A stretch of 64,000 bases of DNA from Trueperaceae bacterium. GTDB lineage: Bacteria > Deinococcota > Deinococci > Deinococcales > Trueperaceae. The notes beneath the pieces were generated by a model. It searched no databases. It was given only the letters and a program-made list of their open reading frames with translations, and was not told where the DNA came from. The position numbers and the translations under genes were made by a program. This document shows positions 1 through 12,010 of the stretch, piece by piece (the first letter of the stretch is position 1; every line of letters starts with the position of its first letter). Where the stretch lies: assembly GCA_034521815.1 (NCBI GenBank), contig JAXHLW010000011.1:1-64000 (forward strand). Direction: 5' to 3'.

Positions 1-61
1 GTGAGGTAGCGGCGGTGCGCGGTCGCCGGTGAGATTCGAGCACCACCGACGCGCCGTTTCC

Positions 62-600
62 CTACGTGTTTTGGACTGGCGCTGCATCAGCGTCGACGAG
101 ACGCTCCGTCCGCTTCACCTCGCGTTCCCCGTGCCCAGCCTCCAGAACGTAGAACGGTCGATCGTCGAGGACTCGCACGTCCTTGACGACAAAGCCTTGA
201 GCGAACAGGTGGAGCAGCGCCTCCCGGCTAGCGTGCCGCCATGCGACGGCCAGCTCCGGATCGTCCTCCTTGAGACGAAGCAGGTCGAATGGCAGCTCGA
301 GCCGGACCTCGTCGGCGTCGGGAACGCGCCAGCCTTGCAGGTGGCGGTACGGTCCACCATCGTTCTGCCGGGTAACGAGCACGTCGGGCATGTTCTCGAC
401 GGCTCGCGGTGAAGGCCGCATACGCTGTTCGGCTCTCGCGACGACGCGCGAATCGTCGATCCACCAGTCGACGACCAGTCGGTCGGTCGGCAACCCGCGA
501 TTGAGCTCGTCACGGATCTGGCCGTAGACGTCGACGATGTATATGGCGCGCGACACCGCCAAGCGTACGGATGTTGAACCAGGACGCCGAATGTCAATCG
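62..600 (-). pseudogene. C-terminal half of a predicted GNAT-superfamily acetyltransferase (COG3375-like); 5' half missing, one frameshift near 545
   Basis: Joined frames read WFNIRTLGGVAR / YIVDVYGQIRDELNRGLPTDRLVVDWW ... LAVAWRHASREAL, typical of this family's C-half; upstream is directly the ureD stop (623). Confidence 0.65.
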
Positions 601-622
601 GCGTCTGGCGCGCCCGCGAGGA

Positions 623-1430
623 TCAGGTCAGGCCGCATAACGCCCGTACGCGAGCCGCGGCCCTCCTCGCTCTGCGCGCAGCGCATGCCGCCATGCCGAA
701 GACCGCGCGGCGTGCCGCGCCCGCGTCGTCCGTGAGGCACCGCAGGTAGAGACCGTCGTCGCCGAAGCGTCCGACCGCCAGGACCGGCCTGGTGCCGGCA
801 GCTTCGCCACCGCCCTCGCCCACGAACACGCCGGACGCCAGGTGGGCGTGCCCGTCCAGGATGCCCAAGGTGCTCCGGCACGAGGCTCATCGCCCGCGTC
901 GGCGCTGCCGACCAGCTCGGCCGCGTCCGCGTAGCGAAGCTCGCCGGCGATCCGCACCTCGATCCGAGATGACATCCGTCGAAACGCCCCACGCTGCTCG
1001 CCCACAGGGAGATCCCGAGCCCGTCGTCCATCGTTCCGTCCAGAGCATCGAGGGCGCCGGGCGCGAGATCGATCTCGGCGCGTTGCTCGAACGCACGCGC
1101 CAGGGAACGGGATCCCGAGGGCGCCGCGCATCTCGAAATAGCCTCCTTCCTCCAGCACGGACACGCACGTTCTGTCGGGCAGGCGTCCCCCGCCCCATCG
1201 TGTGGATCTTGGTGGCGCTCTGCGGCACGAGGATCGCGGCAATGCGCCGCGACCCGACGTGGACGTCGACCGCAGACGCGTCTCCGGCCAGAATGCCGGG
1301 GCCGATGTGCACGACCTGCACGATGGCCGCGCCGTCGGGCTGCCTGAACACGCAGGTGCGCGCGAAGCGGTGCGACGCTGAGCTTCGACGCCAGCCACGT
1401 TCCGCGGCCACCGGCCACGAAGCTCAGCCG
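623..1430 (-). CDS. ureD: Urease accessory protein UreD (frameshifted)
   Basis: [22 protein letters not shown] and IPFPGA motifs across frames; last gene of the ure cluster. Confidence 0.8.
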
Positions 1431-2132
1431 TAACAGCCCTCGCGTCCGGCCGACGCCGCCGCGCTGCCCAGCTCGGCCTGCTGCGTCGCCCCGACGCCGC
1501 ACCGTCTTCGGAGCGAAACAGCACGTCGCGCTCCAGCCAGTCGATCACGTACAGTTCCGCCCCCACGCCCAGCTTCGAGATCGGTGAACACCTGTGGCAT
1601 CTCTCCGCGCTGCGCCCGCGCATCGCGCTCCATCACGCCCAGATCCGCGCCGACGTACGGCGCCAGGTCGATCTCGTCGACGATCAGCAGATCGCTCCGC
1701 GTCACGCCTGGACCGCCCTTGCGAGGGACCTTGTCCCCGCCCGAGACGTCGACGAGCGGTCGATGCTGACGTCCACGAGCTCCGGGCTGAACGACGCGGC
1801 CAGGTTGTCGCCGCCCGTACTCGACGAACAGGCACGTCGAGATCGCCGCGGTGGGCGATCATCTTCGTCGACCCGCTTCCTGATCGATCGAGGTGGCTTC
1901 GCGGATCGCCGGTGCTGGGGACAGCCGCCGGTCCTGGACGCCACGGATCCGGTCCTCGGGAAGAGCGCCGGACCGGGACCAGGTACTCGGCGTCCTCGTA
2001 GGTGCAGACGTCGTTCGTCACCACGGCGATGCTGTAACGGCCAGCCAAACGCTTGCGCAGCGCGTCGAGCAGGGCGGTCTTGCCGGAGCCGACGGGGCCT
2101 CCGATTCCGATCTTGACGGGGGGCATAGGCAC
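1424..2132 (-). CDS. ureG: Urease accessory GTPase UreG (frameshifted)
   Basis: [14 protein letters not shown]-loop, [32 protein letters not shown]. Confidence 0.92.
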
Positions 2133-2159
2133 ATCTCCTTCGCGAACGAGGTGGAGGCG

Positions 2160-2857
2160 TCAGGACTGGAACAGACGGGTGGTCAAGCCGGCTTGTCGGT
2201 GCGCAGCGAGATCGGCGCCAGGTACGGCCGACCAGAAGCTCGCGGCCGGGTCGTCGGCCGCGCGCGTCGCGGCGTTCACCACCGCCGGCGTGAGCTCGAC
2301 CGCGATCTCCTGCGCACGCTCGGGACTGAGCGACATGCAGCGGGTCGCCGCGTTCAGATACGAGCCCAGCGTGGCGTAGGCGAACGCCAGCACGCCGTCG
2401 CGGAGCGGAAGACCGACGCGCCGCCCCGCCGCTCCCGCGACGAGCGCTTGGTGCGGATGCGCCAGTCGGCGGAGATCCTCGAGGTCGGGCCACAGCCTCG
2501 CGACCAGCTTCGCCGTGCGAGCGCCCATGCGAAGGCTACTGCACCGGAAGGCTCGGGATCGGCTTCCAGGCGCTCCATCTCGGCGCCCAGCCTATCGAGC
2601 GCGGGCGTGGAGGGTCGTGCCAGGCGTGCACCCATCCCGACAGGATCCAGGCGGCCCCATCCGAAGGCGAGCTGCGAAGCGAGCAGGTCGCGGAGATCGT
2701 TGGCGTCGATCCCGTCCTGCGCGTACGTCTCGAGCCCATTCGAGTGGGCGAACGCGCCGGTCGGGAACTGCGAGTCGTGCAGCTGGAGAAGGCGCACGAA
2801 CGCTTCGGACGCGTACGGATGGCTGGTCTTCGCCGAGCCGGCGACCGTCGTCGGCAT
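2160..2857 (-). CDS. ureF: Urease accessory protein UreF (frameshifted)
   Basis: LLQLHDSQFPTGAFAHSNGLE at the N-terminus, RLFQS at the C-terminus. Confidence 0.92.
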
Positions 2858-3315
2858 CAGTGAGCGTGCTCGCCCGGTGGACGCCCGTGGAACGGCTGCT
2901 CGGTCACGTGGTGATCGAGGTTCGCCTCCGGAGACGCCGCTCGAGCGGGCCGTGCCCAGAGCGCGACGATCGCATCGTCGCGGAGGTCCACGTCACGATG
3001 GAGGTTGCCGATCAGGTGTCCGACGAAGGCAGCTTCTCGAATCGAGCGCAGCCGCACGACCAGGACGCGCTCGGGAGCTGCGGTGATCCGGTAGACGGTC
3101 TCCGCTGCCACGTGTAGCGCTCCGTCGGCGGGCAGAACCGTGGCCGTCGGCAAAGCAAGCTCGAACGCGCATCCGTCGGTCGCGAACAGACGGCGCCGAA
3201 CGCGGCGACGGTCGGCTGCGATCATCGGAATCGACACGGTCCGGGCAGGCGGCGAAGCCGGCTCGACGGGCAGCCGCTCGATGCGCACCGCGGCGGGCGT
3301 AGCCTTCTCGTCCAT
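2857..3315 (-). CDS. ureE: Urease accessory protein UreE (Ni chaperone)
   Basis: DRRRVRRRL, GHLIGNLH, His-containing tail GEHAH; lies between ureC and ureF. Confidence 0.85.
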   Translation of the reverse strand: MDEKATPAAVRIERLPVEPASPPARTVSIPMIAADRRRVRRRLFATDGCAFELALPTATVLPADGALHVAAETVYRITAAPERVLVVRLRSIREAAFVGHLIGNLHRDVDLRDDAIVALWARPARAASPEANLDHHVTEQPFHGRPPGEHAH

Positions 3316-5041
3316 CAGAACAGGAACCAACGCTGGGCGAGAGGGAGCTCGGTGGCGGCAGGACTGGTCACCAGCTGGCCGTCGACGGTCACGCGGTACG
3401 TGTCGGGATCGACCTCGATGTCGGGTCGAGCGTCGTTGTGCACCATGTGCTCCTTGCGGACGCCGCGCGTTCCCCGGACCGCGAAGGCGCGACGTGCGAG
3501 GTTGCCCGGCAGACCGCCTTCGGCGAGCGACACGCCCGAGACGAAGTGAACGCAGGTGGAATCGGGGACGCGACCGTACGCTCCGAACATCGGCCTGTAC
3601 ACGACCGGGCTCGGCGTCGGAATCGAGCCGTTCGGATCGCCCATCACCGAAGCCACGGTGAAGCCGCCCTTGAGCACGAGGTCCGGCTTGGCACCGAACG
3701 AGGCGGGGCTCACAAGCACAGGTCGGCCAGCTTGCCGACCTCGACCGATCCGACGTGCTCGGAGATCCCGTGTGCGATCGCCGGATTGATCCCGATCTTG
3801 GCGACGTACCGCTTTGCCCGGACGTTGTCGCTGCGGGCGCTGTCGCCGGGAAGCGCGCCGCGTGCGCGTTTCATCGCGTGCGCCGTTTGCCACGTCCGAA
3901 GCACGACCTCGCCGACACGCCCCATCGCCTGCGAGTCGGAGCCCACCATGCTGATCGCCCCGATATCGGTGCAGAGCGTCTTCGGCGGCCACTGGTCCTC
4001 GGGCCGAATCCGCGACTCGGCGAACGCGACGTCCTCCGGGACGCGCGGACTGAGGTGATGACAGACCATCAGCATGTCGAGGTGCTCTTCGAGCGTGTTG
4101 ACGGTATACGGCATCGTCGGGTTGGTCGACGACGGCAGCACGTTGCCCTCTGCGACGACCCGCAGAATGTCCGGGGCGTGCCCGCCGCCAGCGCCTTCGG
4201 AGTGGTAGGTATGAATCGTCCGATCGCGAAACGCGGCGATGGTCGCCTGGACGAAGCCGGACTCGTTCAGAGTATCGGTGTGAATCGCGACCTGGACGTC
4301 GAAACGTTCTGCGACGGAGAGAGCCGTATCGATGGATGACGGCGTGGTACCCCAGTCCTCGTGGAGCTTGAGCCCTGACGCGCCAGCCCGAATCTGCGCC
4401 TCGAGCTCCTCGGGTCGCGACGCGTTGCCCTTGCCGAGGAACCCGAAGTTCAGCGGCATGCCCTCTGCCGCTTCCATCATCCGATGCAGGTTCCATGCAC
4501 CCGGGGTGGCCGTGGTCGCCTTGCTGCCTTCGACCGGGCCGGTCCCGCCGCCGATCATCGTGGTCACGCCGCTCGTCAGCGCCTCCCAGGCCTGCTGCGG
4601 GCTGACGAGAAGTGGATGTGGGCGTCGATCGCGCCGGCCGTCAAGATCTTCCCCTCGCGGGCAAGAATCTCGGTGCCGGGACCGATGGCGAGCTCGGGGT
4701 GCACGCCGTCCATGACGTCCGGGTTGCCGGCCTTGCCGATCGCCGCGATTCGGCCGTCACGAATCCCGACGTCCGCCTTCACGACGCCCCAATGGTCGAG
4801 GATCACCACGTTGGTGATCACCAGGTCGGGCGTCCCGTCCTCGCGCGCCCGCTGGCTCTGGCCCTGCCCGTCGCGAACGACCTTGCCGCCACCGAAGACG
4901 ACCTCGTCGCCGTAGATCGCGCCCCCTTCGTTCGCGGCGTCCCGTTCGAATCTCGACGATCAGGTCGGTATCGCCGAGGCGGACGCGGTCGCCGACGGTC
5001 GGGCCGAACAGCTCGGCGTCGGCGCGCTTGTCGATCCTCAC
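3315..5041 (-). CDS. ureC: Urease subunit alpha (frameshifted)
   Basis: [82 protein letters not shown]. Confidence 0.96.
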
Positions 5042-5762
5042 GACGCGTCCTTCTTCGCATCCGCGTCGAGCGCCGCCACGGGCCACGAGAACGCGTCCGA
5101 CACGGCCGAGACGCGTCGTCCTGGCGCTCGTCCAGAGAACCGCCGACGAGCGCACTCATCCCGTGCACGACGACGCTCGCCGCCGAACGCGACGAGGCGG
5201 ACGTCGCGGCTCTCGCCCGGCTCGACCCGGACCGCGGTCCCCGCCGGAACGTCGAGGCGCATGCCGGTACTGGGCCCGGCGATCGAACGCCAACGCGGCG
5301 TTGGCCTCGAACAGGTGCGCGCGCGATCCGACCTGGATCGGGCGGTCTCTCCGGTTCTCGACCCGGAGCTCGGTCGCCTGGCGGCCAGCGTTCAGCTCCA
5401 GCTCGCCGTCGTCGACGAGGATCTCGCCAGGCGTGAAACGAGCCTTGTCGGCTCGCTCGCCGCGGATCGGATCGTGGACCGTCACCAGCTTCGTTCCGTC
5501 GGGGAAGGTACCTTCGATTCTGGATCTCTCGAACCGTCTCGGCCACGCCTGGAAGCACGTCGTCCGCCATCAAGATCGTCGCGCCTAGATGCATCAGGTC
5601 CGCGACGCTTCGGCCGTCCCGAATCCCTTCGAGCAGCTCGGCCGTGATCAGCGCGACCGACTCTGGATGATTCAGTTGCAACCCGCGTGCGCGCCTACGG
5701 CGCGCCACGTCCGCAGCAACGTGGATCTGAAGCTTGTCGACTTCGCGTGGCGTGAGTCTCAT
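5038..5762 (-). CDS. ureAB: Fused urease gamma/beta subunit (frameshifted)
   Basis: [11 protein letters not shown]...GLQLNHPES (gamma); a single ORF runs from TVHDPI (end of gamma) into [17 protein letters not shown]...DRPIQVGS (beta); [15 protein letters not shown]. Confidence 0.9.
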
Positions 5763-6073
5763 GGGCCTCCTCGTGCGCCCGAGGGGCGGCTCGCGCGTGC
5801 CGGAGGAGGCTCGCCATCCCTCGATCGCGACTCGATTGCAGAACTTCACCGACCCAGTCGATCGCCGTGTGCACCGGACCGCATACGGTCGACCCATCGT
5901 CGTCGGATTTTTTACAGAGCCACTCGTCGCCAAGACCTCACCAGTTGATCGACATGATAGAGCGTGCAGTCGGCGCATTCCTCAGCTTACGCTTGGCCCA
6001 CGTGCACGATCCAGCCCCGGTCGCGGCGAAGGTCCGGGGCGGTGGCCCAGGACAGTGGCGACGAAGGCGCCCC

Positions 6074-6865
6074 TCACACCTCGCCCAGGTACGCCCTCTT
6101 CATCGCCTCGTTGTTCCGCAAGCTCCTGCGCCGTGCCGGAGAGGACGACCTCGCCGGTCTGCAGCACGTAGCCGCGATCGGCGACCTGAAAGGGCCACGT
6201 TGGCGTTCTGCTCGACGACGAACACGCTGATGCCCTCGTCGTTCACGGTCTTGATGATCTCGAAGATCTTCTCGACGAACAGCGGGGCGAGGCCCATCGA
6301 CGGCTCGTCCATCAAGATCAGCTTGGGGCGGCTCATCAGGGCGCGGCCCATCGCCAGCATCTGCTGCTCGCCGCCGGACATGGTGCCGCCCTGCTGACCG
6401 AGGCGCTCGCCGATGCGCGGGAAGAGCGTGACGACGTAGTCCATGTCCTCGCGTGATCGCCTTGCGATCGTTCCTGCAGGTAGGCGCCCATCTCGAGGTT
6501 CTCGCGCACGGTCATCTTCGGGAAGATGCGGCGGTTCTCCGGCACGACCGCCATGCCGCGCTCGATGCGCTCCGCGGTGGTCAGGGTGTCGGCTCGCTCG
6601 CCGCGGAAGTGCACCTCGCCCTTCCGAAACGCCCACGATGCCGAGGACCGTCTTCAGCGTCGTGCTCTTGCCGGAGGCGTTGCCACCGAGCAGGCAGACC
6701 ATCTCGCCGGGGTGGATCACCATGTCCACCTCGTGCAGCACGCCGGATCGGGCCGTAGTGCGTGGTGACGTTGCGCAGCTCGAGCAGCTTCTCCTTCGCG
6801 TTCGCCTCGGCGCTCCACTCGCGGGGGCGCTCCCCTCTTCGGCCGCGCGGCGCCGGGCACGTCAC
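6074..6865 (-). CDS. livF: LIV-family ABC transporter ATP-binding protein (LivF-like, frameshifted; start approximate)
   Basis: GGNASGKST Walker A, VPENRRIF, MSGGEQQMLAMGRALM, ILMDEPSMGL, VEQN; ends KRAYLGEV*. Confidence 0.88.
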
Positions 6866-7670
6866 CGGGCTTCTTGCCCTGTCCGCGCGCCTGCTTGCCG
6901 AGGTACGCCTCGAGCACCTTCGGGTCGTCGACGACCCGATCGTACGACCCTTCGGCGATCTTCACGCCGTAGTCGAGCACGATCACCCGGTCGCTGATAT
7001 CGCCCACGAGGTTCATCTTGTGCTCGACGAGCAGGATCGTGTAGCCGCCCTCGTCGCGCATGCGGCGGATGATGCTGCGTGATCTCGGTGGTCTCCTTAG
7101 GGTTCATCCCTGCACTGGGCTCGTCGAGCAGCAGCAGCTTCGCGCTCGGTCGCCATGGCGCGCGCCATCTCGGCGCGGCGCCGGTTGGCGTACGACAGTA
7201 CGGTAGACCGGCTGGTGCAGGCGGAAGCTCATCAGGCGCGGGCCGAAGAAGCCGAAGCTTCTCGAGCGCCGCTTCGTGCATCGCGGCGCTCCTGGCCGCG
7301 CGGTAGTCCGGCGTCCGCAGGACCGCCGTACAGCCACGGTCGAGCGCAGCTTGTGGTGCTGCGGGATCAGCACGTTGTCGAGCACCGAAAGGTTCGTGAA
7401 CAACCGCAGGTTCTGAAAGGTGCGGGCGATGCCGAGGTCGACGATGGCGTTCGGATTCTTGCCGGCGATCGAGCGGTCATCGAAGCGGATGTCGCCGTCG
7501 TCGATCTTGTAGACGCCGGTGATGAGGTTGAACAGCGTCGTCTTGCCGGCGCCGTTGGGGCCGATGACCGACACGATCTCGCCCTCGTTCACGTCGAAGG
7601 ACAGGCCGCTGATGGCCTGCAGTCCGCCGAACGCCTTGTCGACGCGGTTCACTTCCAGCATGGCCGCCAT
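6862..7670 (-). CDS. livG: LIV-family ABC transporter ATP-binding protein (LivG-like, frameshifted)
   Basis: GPNGAGKTTLFN, GIARTFQN, LLLDEPSAGMN, LVEHKM, VLEAYLG. Confidence 0.9.
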
Positions 7671-7671
7671 G

Positions 7672-9196
7672 CTAGCGCCTACCCTTCCGATCGTCGTCGG
7701 GATCGGCGGCTGCGCCGTCGCGCGCCTCGCCCTCGTCTTGGTGCCGCTGAGCACGGATGCGCGCTCGGCGACTCCTCGGTCAGTGACCGCGGCTGCGGAT
7801 CGTCGCTCTGGTCGCGTCCGCTCCTTCGCCTTGTCCACCTCGGAGCTCGACAGCCACGCGTCCTGGGCGCGCTCCTCGTCGGTGGGCTCGTCCCGCCGCT
7901 CGCGCAGCAGCCACGCCCAGCTGAACTCTTGGCGTCCGAGCATCCCCTCGGGCCGGAACACCATGATCACCACCAACAACACCGCCAGGAAGATGCGGCG
8001 CAGGCCGAACGCGCGGAAGGTGTCCTGAAGCCACGCCGAAGCCCGGGGCGAGCAACGCCACCAGCCAGCGCCGCCGCGCCCGCGATTCCGACCAGCACCG
8101 TGCTGACCGGGTGCCAACGTGGCCGCATCCGGAACGAGCGCCGGTATAGCCAGCCACCGGCCGCGGCGAGCAGCAACAGCACACCACCGGCGGCGACCCA
8201 CGTCGTCAGCTGGTACGCCTGCTCGAGCGGCCCGCCGTACTGGAGCACGAACACCACCACGCGCGGTGCCCAGCAGCGACGCCGGTGCACCGAGCCGGTG
8301 CCACCGACCGAGATCGCCACCAGGAAGAAAAAGGTCAGGAAGAACAGGAACGAGTCCAGCCGCGCCGACGACAGCCACGACACGTAGAGGCCACCGGCCA
8401 CGCCGGCGAAGAACGCCGAGAGCGTGAAGGCCAGGCCCTTGTGGTAGGCAAGGTTGATGCCCATCGCCTGGGCCGCCACCTCGTCCTCGCGGATCGCTTG
8501 CAGGGCCCGTCCGTACGAGCTGTACTTCAGCTTCGACATCACGAACACCGTCAGCGCCAGGACAGCCGAACGTCCACCAGACGCTGCCGCCCATGAACAG
8601 ACTGGGCACGCCGGTGTAGCCCAGCGAGCCGTTCGTGAACGGCGACAACAGGTCGGTCGAGGCCAGCAGCCGGATGATCTCGCCGAAGCCGAACGTCACG
8701 ATCGCCAGGTAGTCGCCGCGCAGGCGCAGGCTCGGGATGCCCACGATGAGACCGAACAGCGCCGCCACGAGACCGCCGATGAACAGGGCGACGACGAAGC
8801 GCACCCAGGCCGCCTCGGGCGCCGCGAGCGCTTCGAGGCCGAGGCCGTCGGAGCCCCGTTCTCGATGCTGAGGCCCAGGGTGAACGTCGTTCATCTGGCT
8901 GCGGGCGCTGGCCGAGATGCGCTCGCGGTCGAGCCTGCGGGAAGGACGTGCAGGAGCGCCGTGGTGTAGCCGCCGAGCAACATGAAGCCGTGGTGACCGA
9001 GCGAGAGGATGCCGGTCGTGCCATTGATGAGGTTCAGCGACACGGCGCCGATGCCCCAGATGGCGAAGAGCGCGAACACCTGACGCAGCTTCGAGGAGGC
9101 ACCGGTGTCGACGAAGTACAACACCACGGCGACGAGCGCCAAGCCTCCGAGGGTGAGCAGCAGATTGCGCAGAGCCGCTGGCTGTCGGTCCATCAC
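7672..9196 (-). CDS. livM: LIV-family ABC permease (LivM-like, frameshifted)
   Basis: SLNLINGTTGILSLGH, LRLRGDYLAIVTFGFGEIIR, GRALQAIREDEVAAQAMG, VFRPEGMLG. Confidence 0.88.
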
Positions 9197-10440
9197 ACCT
9201 TCTCCGAGAGGTCTTCGCCCACGATGCCGCTGGGACGGATGAGCAGCACGACGATGAGCAGCGCGAACGCGAACGTGTCCTTGTACTCGGTGAGCCCCTG
9301 GAAGTCGGACGTGCGCGGAACAGCGCGGTCATGAAGTTCTCGAGGAATCCCAGCAGCAGGCCACCGATGACGGCGCCGGGAAGGCTACCGATGCCCCCGA
9401 TGACGGCGGCCGCGAACGCCTTGATGCCCGGAAGCAGGATCCCCATCACCGCCGGCTGGTTCAAGGTGCCGAAGCTCATGCCCCAGAGCACGCCGCCGGC
9501 GGCGGCCAGCATGGAGCCCAGCAGGAACGTGGTCGCGATCACCCGGTTCACGTTCACGCCCATCATCTGCGCGACCTCGGCGTCCTGCGCGGAGGCGCGC
9601 ATCGCCTTGCCCAGCCGGGTGCGGCGTCACGAACAGCGTCAGCGCGACGACGAGCACGGCCGTGATCAGGACCACCAGGAAGATCACGCGAGAGGCGAAA
9701 ACCGTGCCGTCGCCGACCGCGAACTGCATCGGCTGCATCCAGACGGTGTCGGGCCGGTAGGGCAGCACGTTGCGGGTGAACAGCCAGCACGCCGAAGTTC
9801 TGCAGGAAGAACGACATGGCGATCGCGGTGATCAGCAGCGAGATCCGAGGCGCGCCGCGAAGCGGCCGGTACGCGACGCGGTCGATGACCATGCCGAGGA
9901 CGCCGGTGATCAGCATCGACAGGATCATCGCCAGAATCCAGTTCAGCTGGCGAGGTCGTTCAGCGTGTACACGGGTCAGCACGACGAAGGCGACGCCGCG
10001 CCGCTCGCCGAGCACCAGCGGATCGGTCAGCCGACCGCGCCACAGGTTGAGCACGTACATGAAACCGAACGCGGCCAGCGCGGCGGCGACGATCGCCCAT
10101 GGCAGCGCGAACGGCGCTCCGCGCGAACAGGTAGTACGAGGTGAAGGCGCCGACCATGAACACCTCGCCGTGCGCGAAGTTGATCAGTCGGATGATGCCG
10201 TACACCATCGTGTAGCCCAGCGCGATCAGGGCGTAGAGGCTGCCGAGCTGCGACGGACTGCAAGGACGGCGCCGACGAAGAAAGCGAGGTCTGCAGTGCT
10301 CGGCGACGTGACGCGAGATAGGCGATGCGGCCGAGCACGGCGGCGCCGACCGCGGCGGCGACCAACCATGGGATGAGGGCTCCGATACGGAGCCGAGCGT
10401 TTCGGCGTCGTCGCAAGATAGGCACCTCGGGGCGCACGCG
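9193..10440 (-). CDS. livH: LIV-family ABC permease (LivH-like, frameshifted; start uncertain)
   Basis: MVYGIIRLINFAHGE, RVAYRPLR, MRASAQDAEVAQMMGVN, KAFAAAVIGGIGS. Confidence 0.88.
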
Positions 10441-10590
10441 GCGCTACCGCGGAATCGGTCGCGAGGGCCACGCGGGATCGTGACGGACGGTCGTGGCCTG
10501 CACGACCGGGAGGCCGACCGGGTGTCTCGCCCTCCACGGTCGCGAGGGCAGCGGCATGAACCGCTGCCGTCCGGCGCCGACGCGACAGCG

Positions 10591-11766
10591 TCAGACGTCT
10601 ACGTCGCCGGTGGCGACGTCCGAACAGGCTCTGCGAGCTCCACTCGGAGCCGTCTTCGCCCGGAACGGAGTAGCGGAAGAAGCCCATGGTGCGGTCGGCG
10701 GGCGTGCCGTCGGTGCCGGCGTAGGTGATCTCGCCGGAGACGCCTGCGTAGCCCTCGAGGTTCTGCAGCGCGGTGAGCACCTCGTCGGGGTCGCTGGGCT
10801 CGTCGGCGTTCTGGATCGCCTCGACCAGGACGTTCAGCGAGTCGGCGCCGGCCAGCGTGAAGCCGTTGAAGTCGCTGGCGTCGGGGAACACGACGTCGAA
10901 GAACGACGCGAACTCCGTGGCGCGCGTGGCCGCGGCGCCGACTGAGCTGCCTCGGGGCTCGCCGAAGCCGGTGAAGACGTACTCGTCGAACGCCTCGCCG
11001 CCGCCGACCGGGCACTGCGAATCGTCGGACGCGTCAGCGCCGAGGATCTGCTGGTCGAAGCCCTGCTGGCGCAGCTGCGGCACCAGGCTGGCGCCCTCCG
11101 CGCAGAAGCCGGAGTAGTAGATCATGTCCGGCGTCGAAGCCGCGGGCGTCGTTGATCTGCGCGGCGAAGTCGACGGTGTTGGACACGTAGTCCAGCACGA
11201 CCGGCGTCTCGCCTCCGAGCGCCGGCGAACGCGTCGGCGAAGAAGCCGGCGAGACCGAAGCTGTAGTCGTCGTCCTGCTGGCGGAAGATCGCCACGCGCC
11301 GTCCCTCGGCGTCCAGATCGGCGTAGTTCGCCGCCACTCGGCCCTGGAACTCGTCGGTGTACGCCATGCGGAAGATGTGGTCGCCGATCTGGGTCGTGGC
11401 CGGGTTCGTGGAGCTGGTCGAGATCATGATGATGCCGGCGTCTTGGAGCGGCTCGGCCGCGGCGATCGACATCGTCGACGAGATCGCGCCGAGGACGCCG
11501 ACGACGCCTTCGTCCACGAAGCGCGCGGCGCAGTTGATCGAGCCTTCGGGCGTGGTCTGGTTGTCGCAGATCGACAGCTCGACCGGACGGCCGTCGACGG
11601 TCGGCATCTGCTGCTGAGCGGCTTGCACGCCCTGCAACGTGGCGTTGCCGATCGTGGCGAAGCGGCCGGACAGCTCCAGGTTGATCCCGATGCGGATCGG
11701 GTCCTGCGCCGTGGCGACTCCTGCCAGCGCAGCGATGACGAGAAGAGCGAGAAGCTTCTTGACCAT
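10591..11766 (-). CDS. LIV-family ABC substrate-binding protein (frameshifted)
   Basis: Signal peptide MVKKLLALLVIAALAGVATA-QD, IRIGINLELSG, STSSTNPATT, FRMAYTDEFQG; GGAG RBS-like site upstream. Confidence 0.88.
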
Positions 11767-12010
11767 GGAGATACGTCCTTTCGTAGGGAACGGGGCCGCG
11801 GGAAAGGGACGCACCCCTCCTCGGACCGATACTCTGCATGAGTATGCAGGCACGGGGAGCATACCCGGACCGCCTATCCCTGTCAACGCGGCCAACGCAG
11901 TCCACGCCGTCCCGCACGCGACAATCGACTATTTCCGAATGGAAGGTCCGTGCCGTGGAAGCCGTCGTCGCTCAGCCGCCATGCAGCCGTCATGCAACCT
12001 GCTGCGGAAG

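Noticed and set aside
5890-5920. GlnR/TnrA-like box upstream of ureAB (TGTAAAAAATCCGAC on the minus strand)
   Set aside because: Second half-site does not fit TGTNA-N7-TNACA
7104-9602. Apparent LivH-LivM-LivG fusion (832 aa)
   Set aside because: Produced by indels switching frames; each gene has its own recognisable start and end
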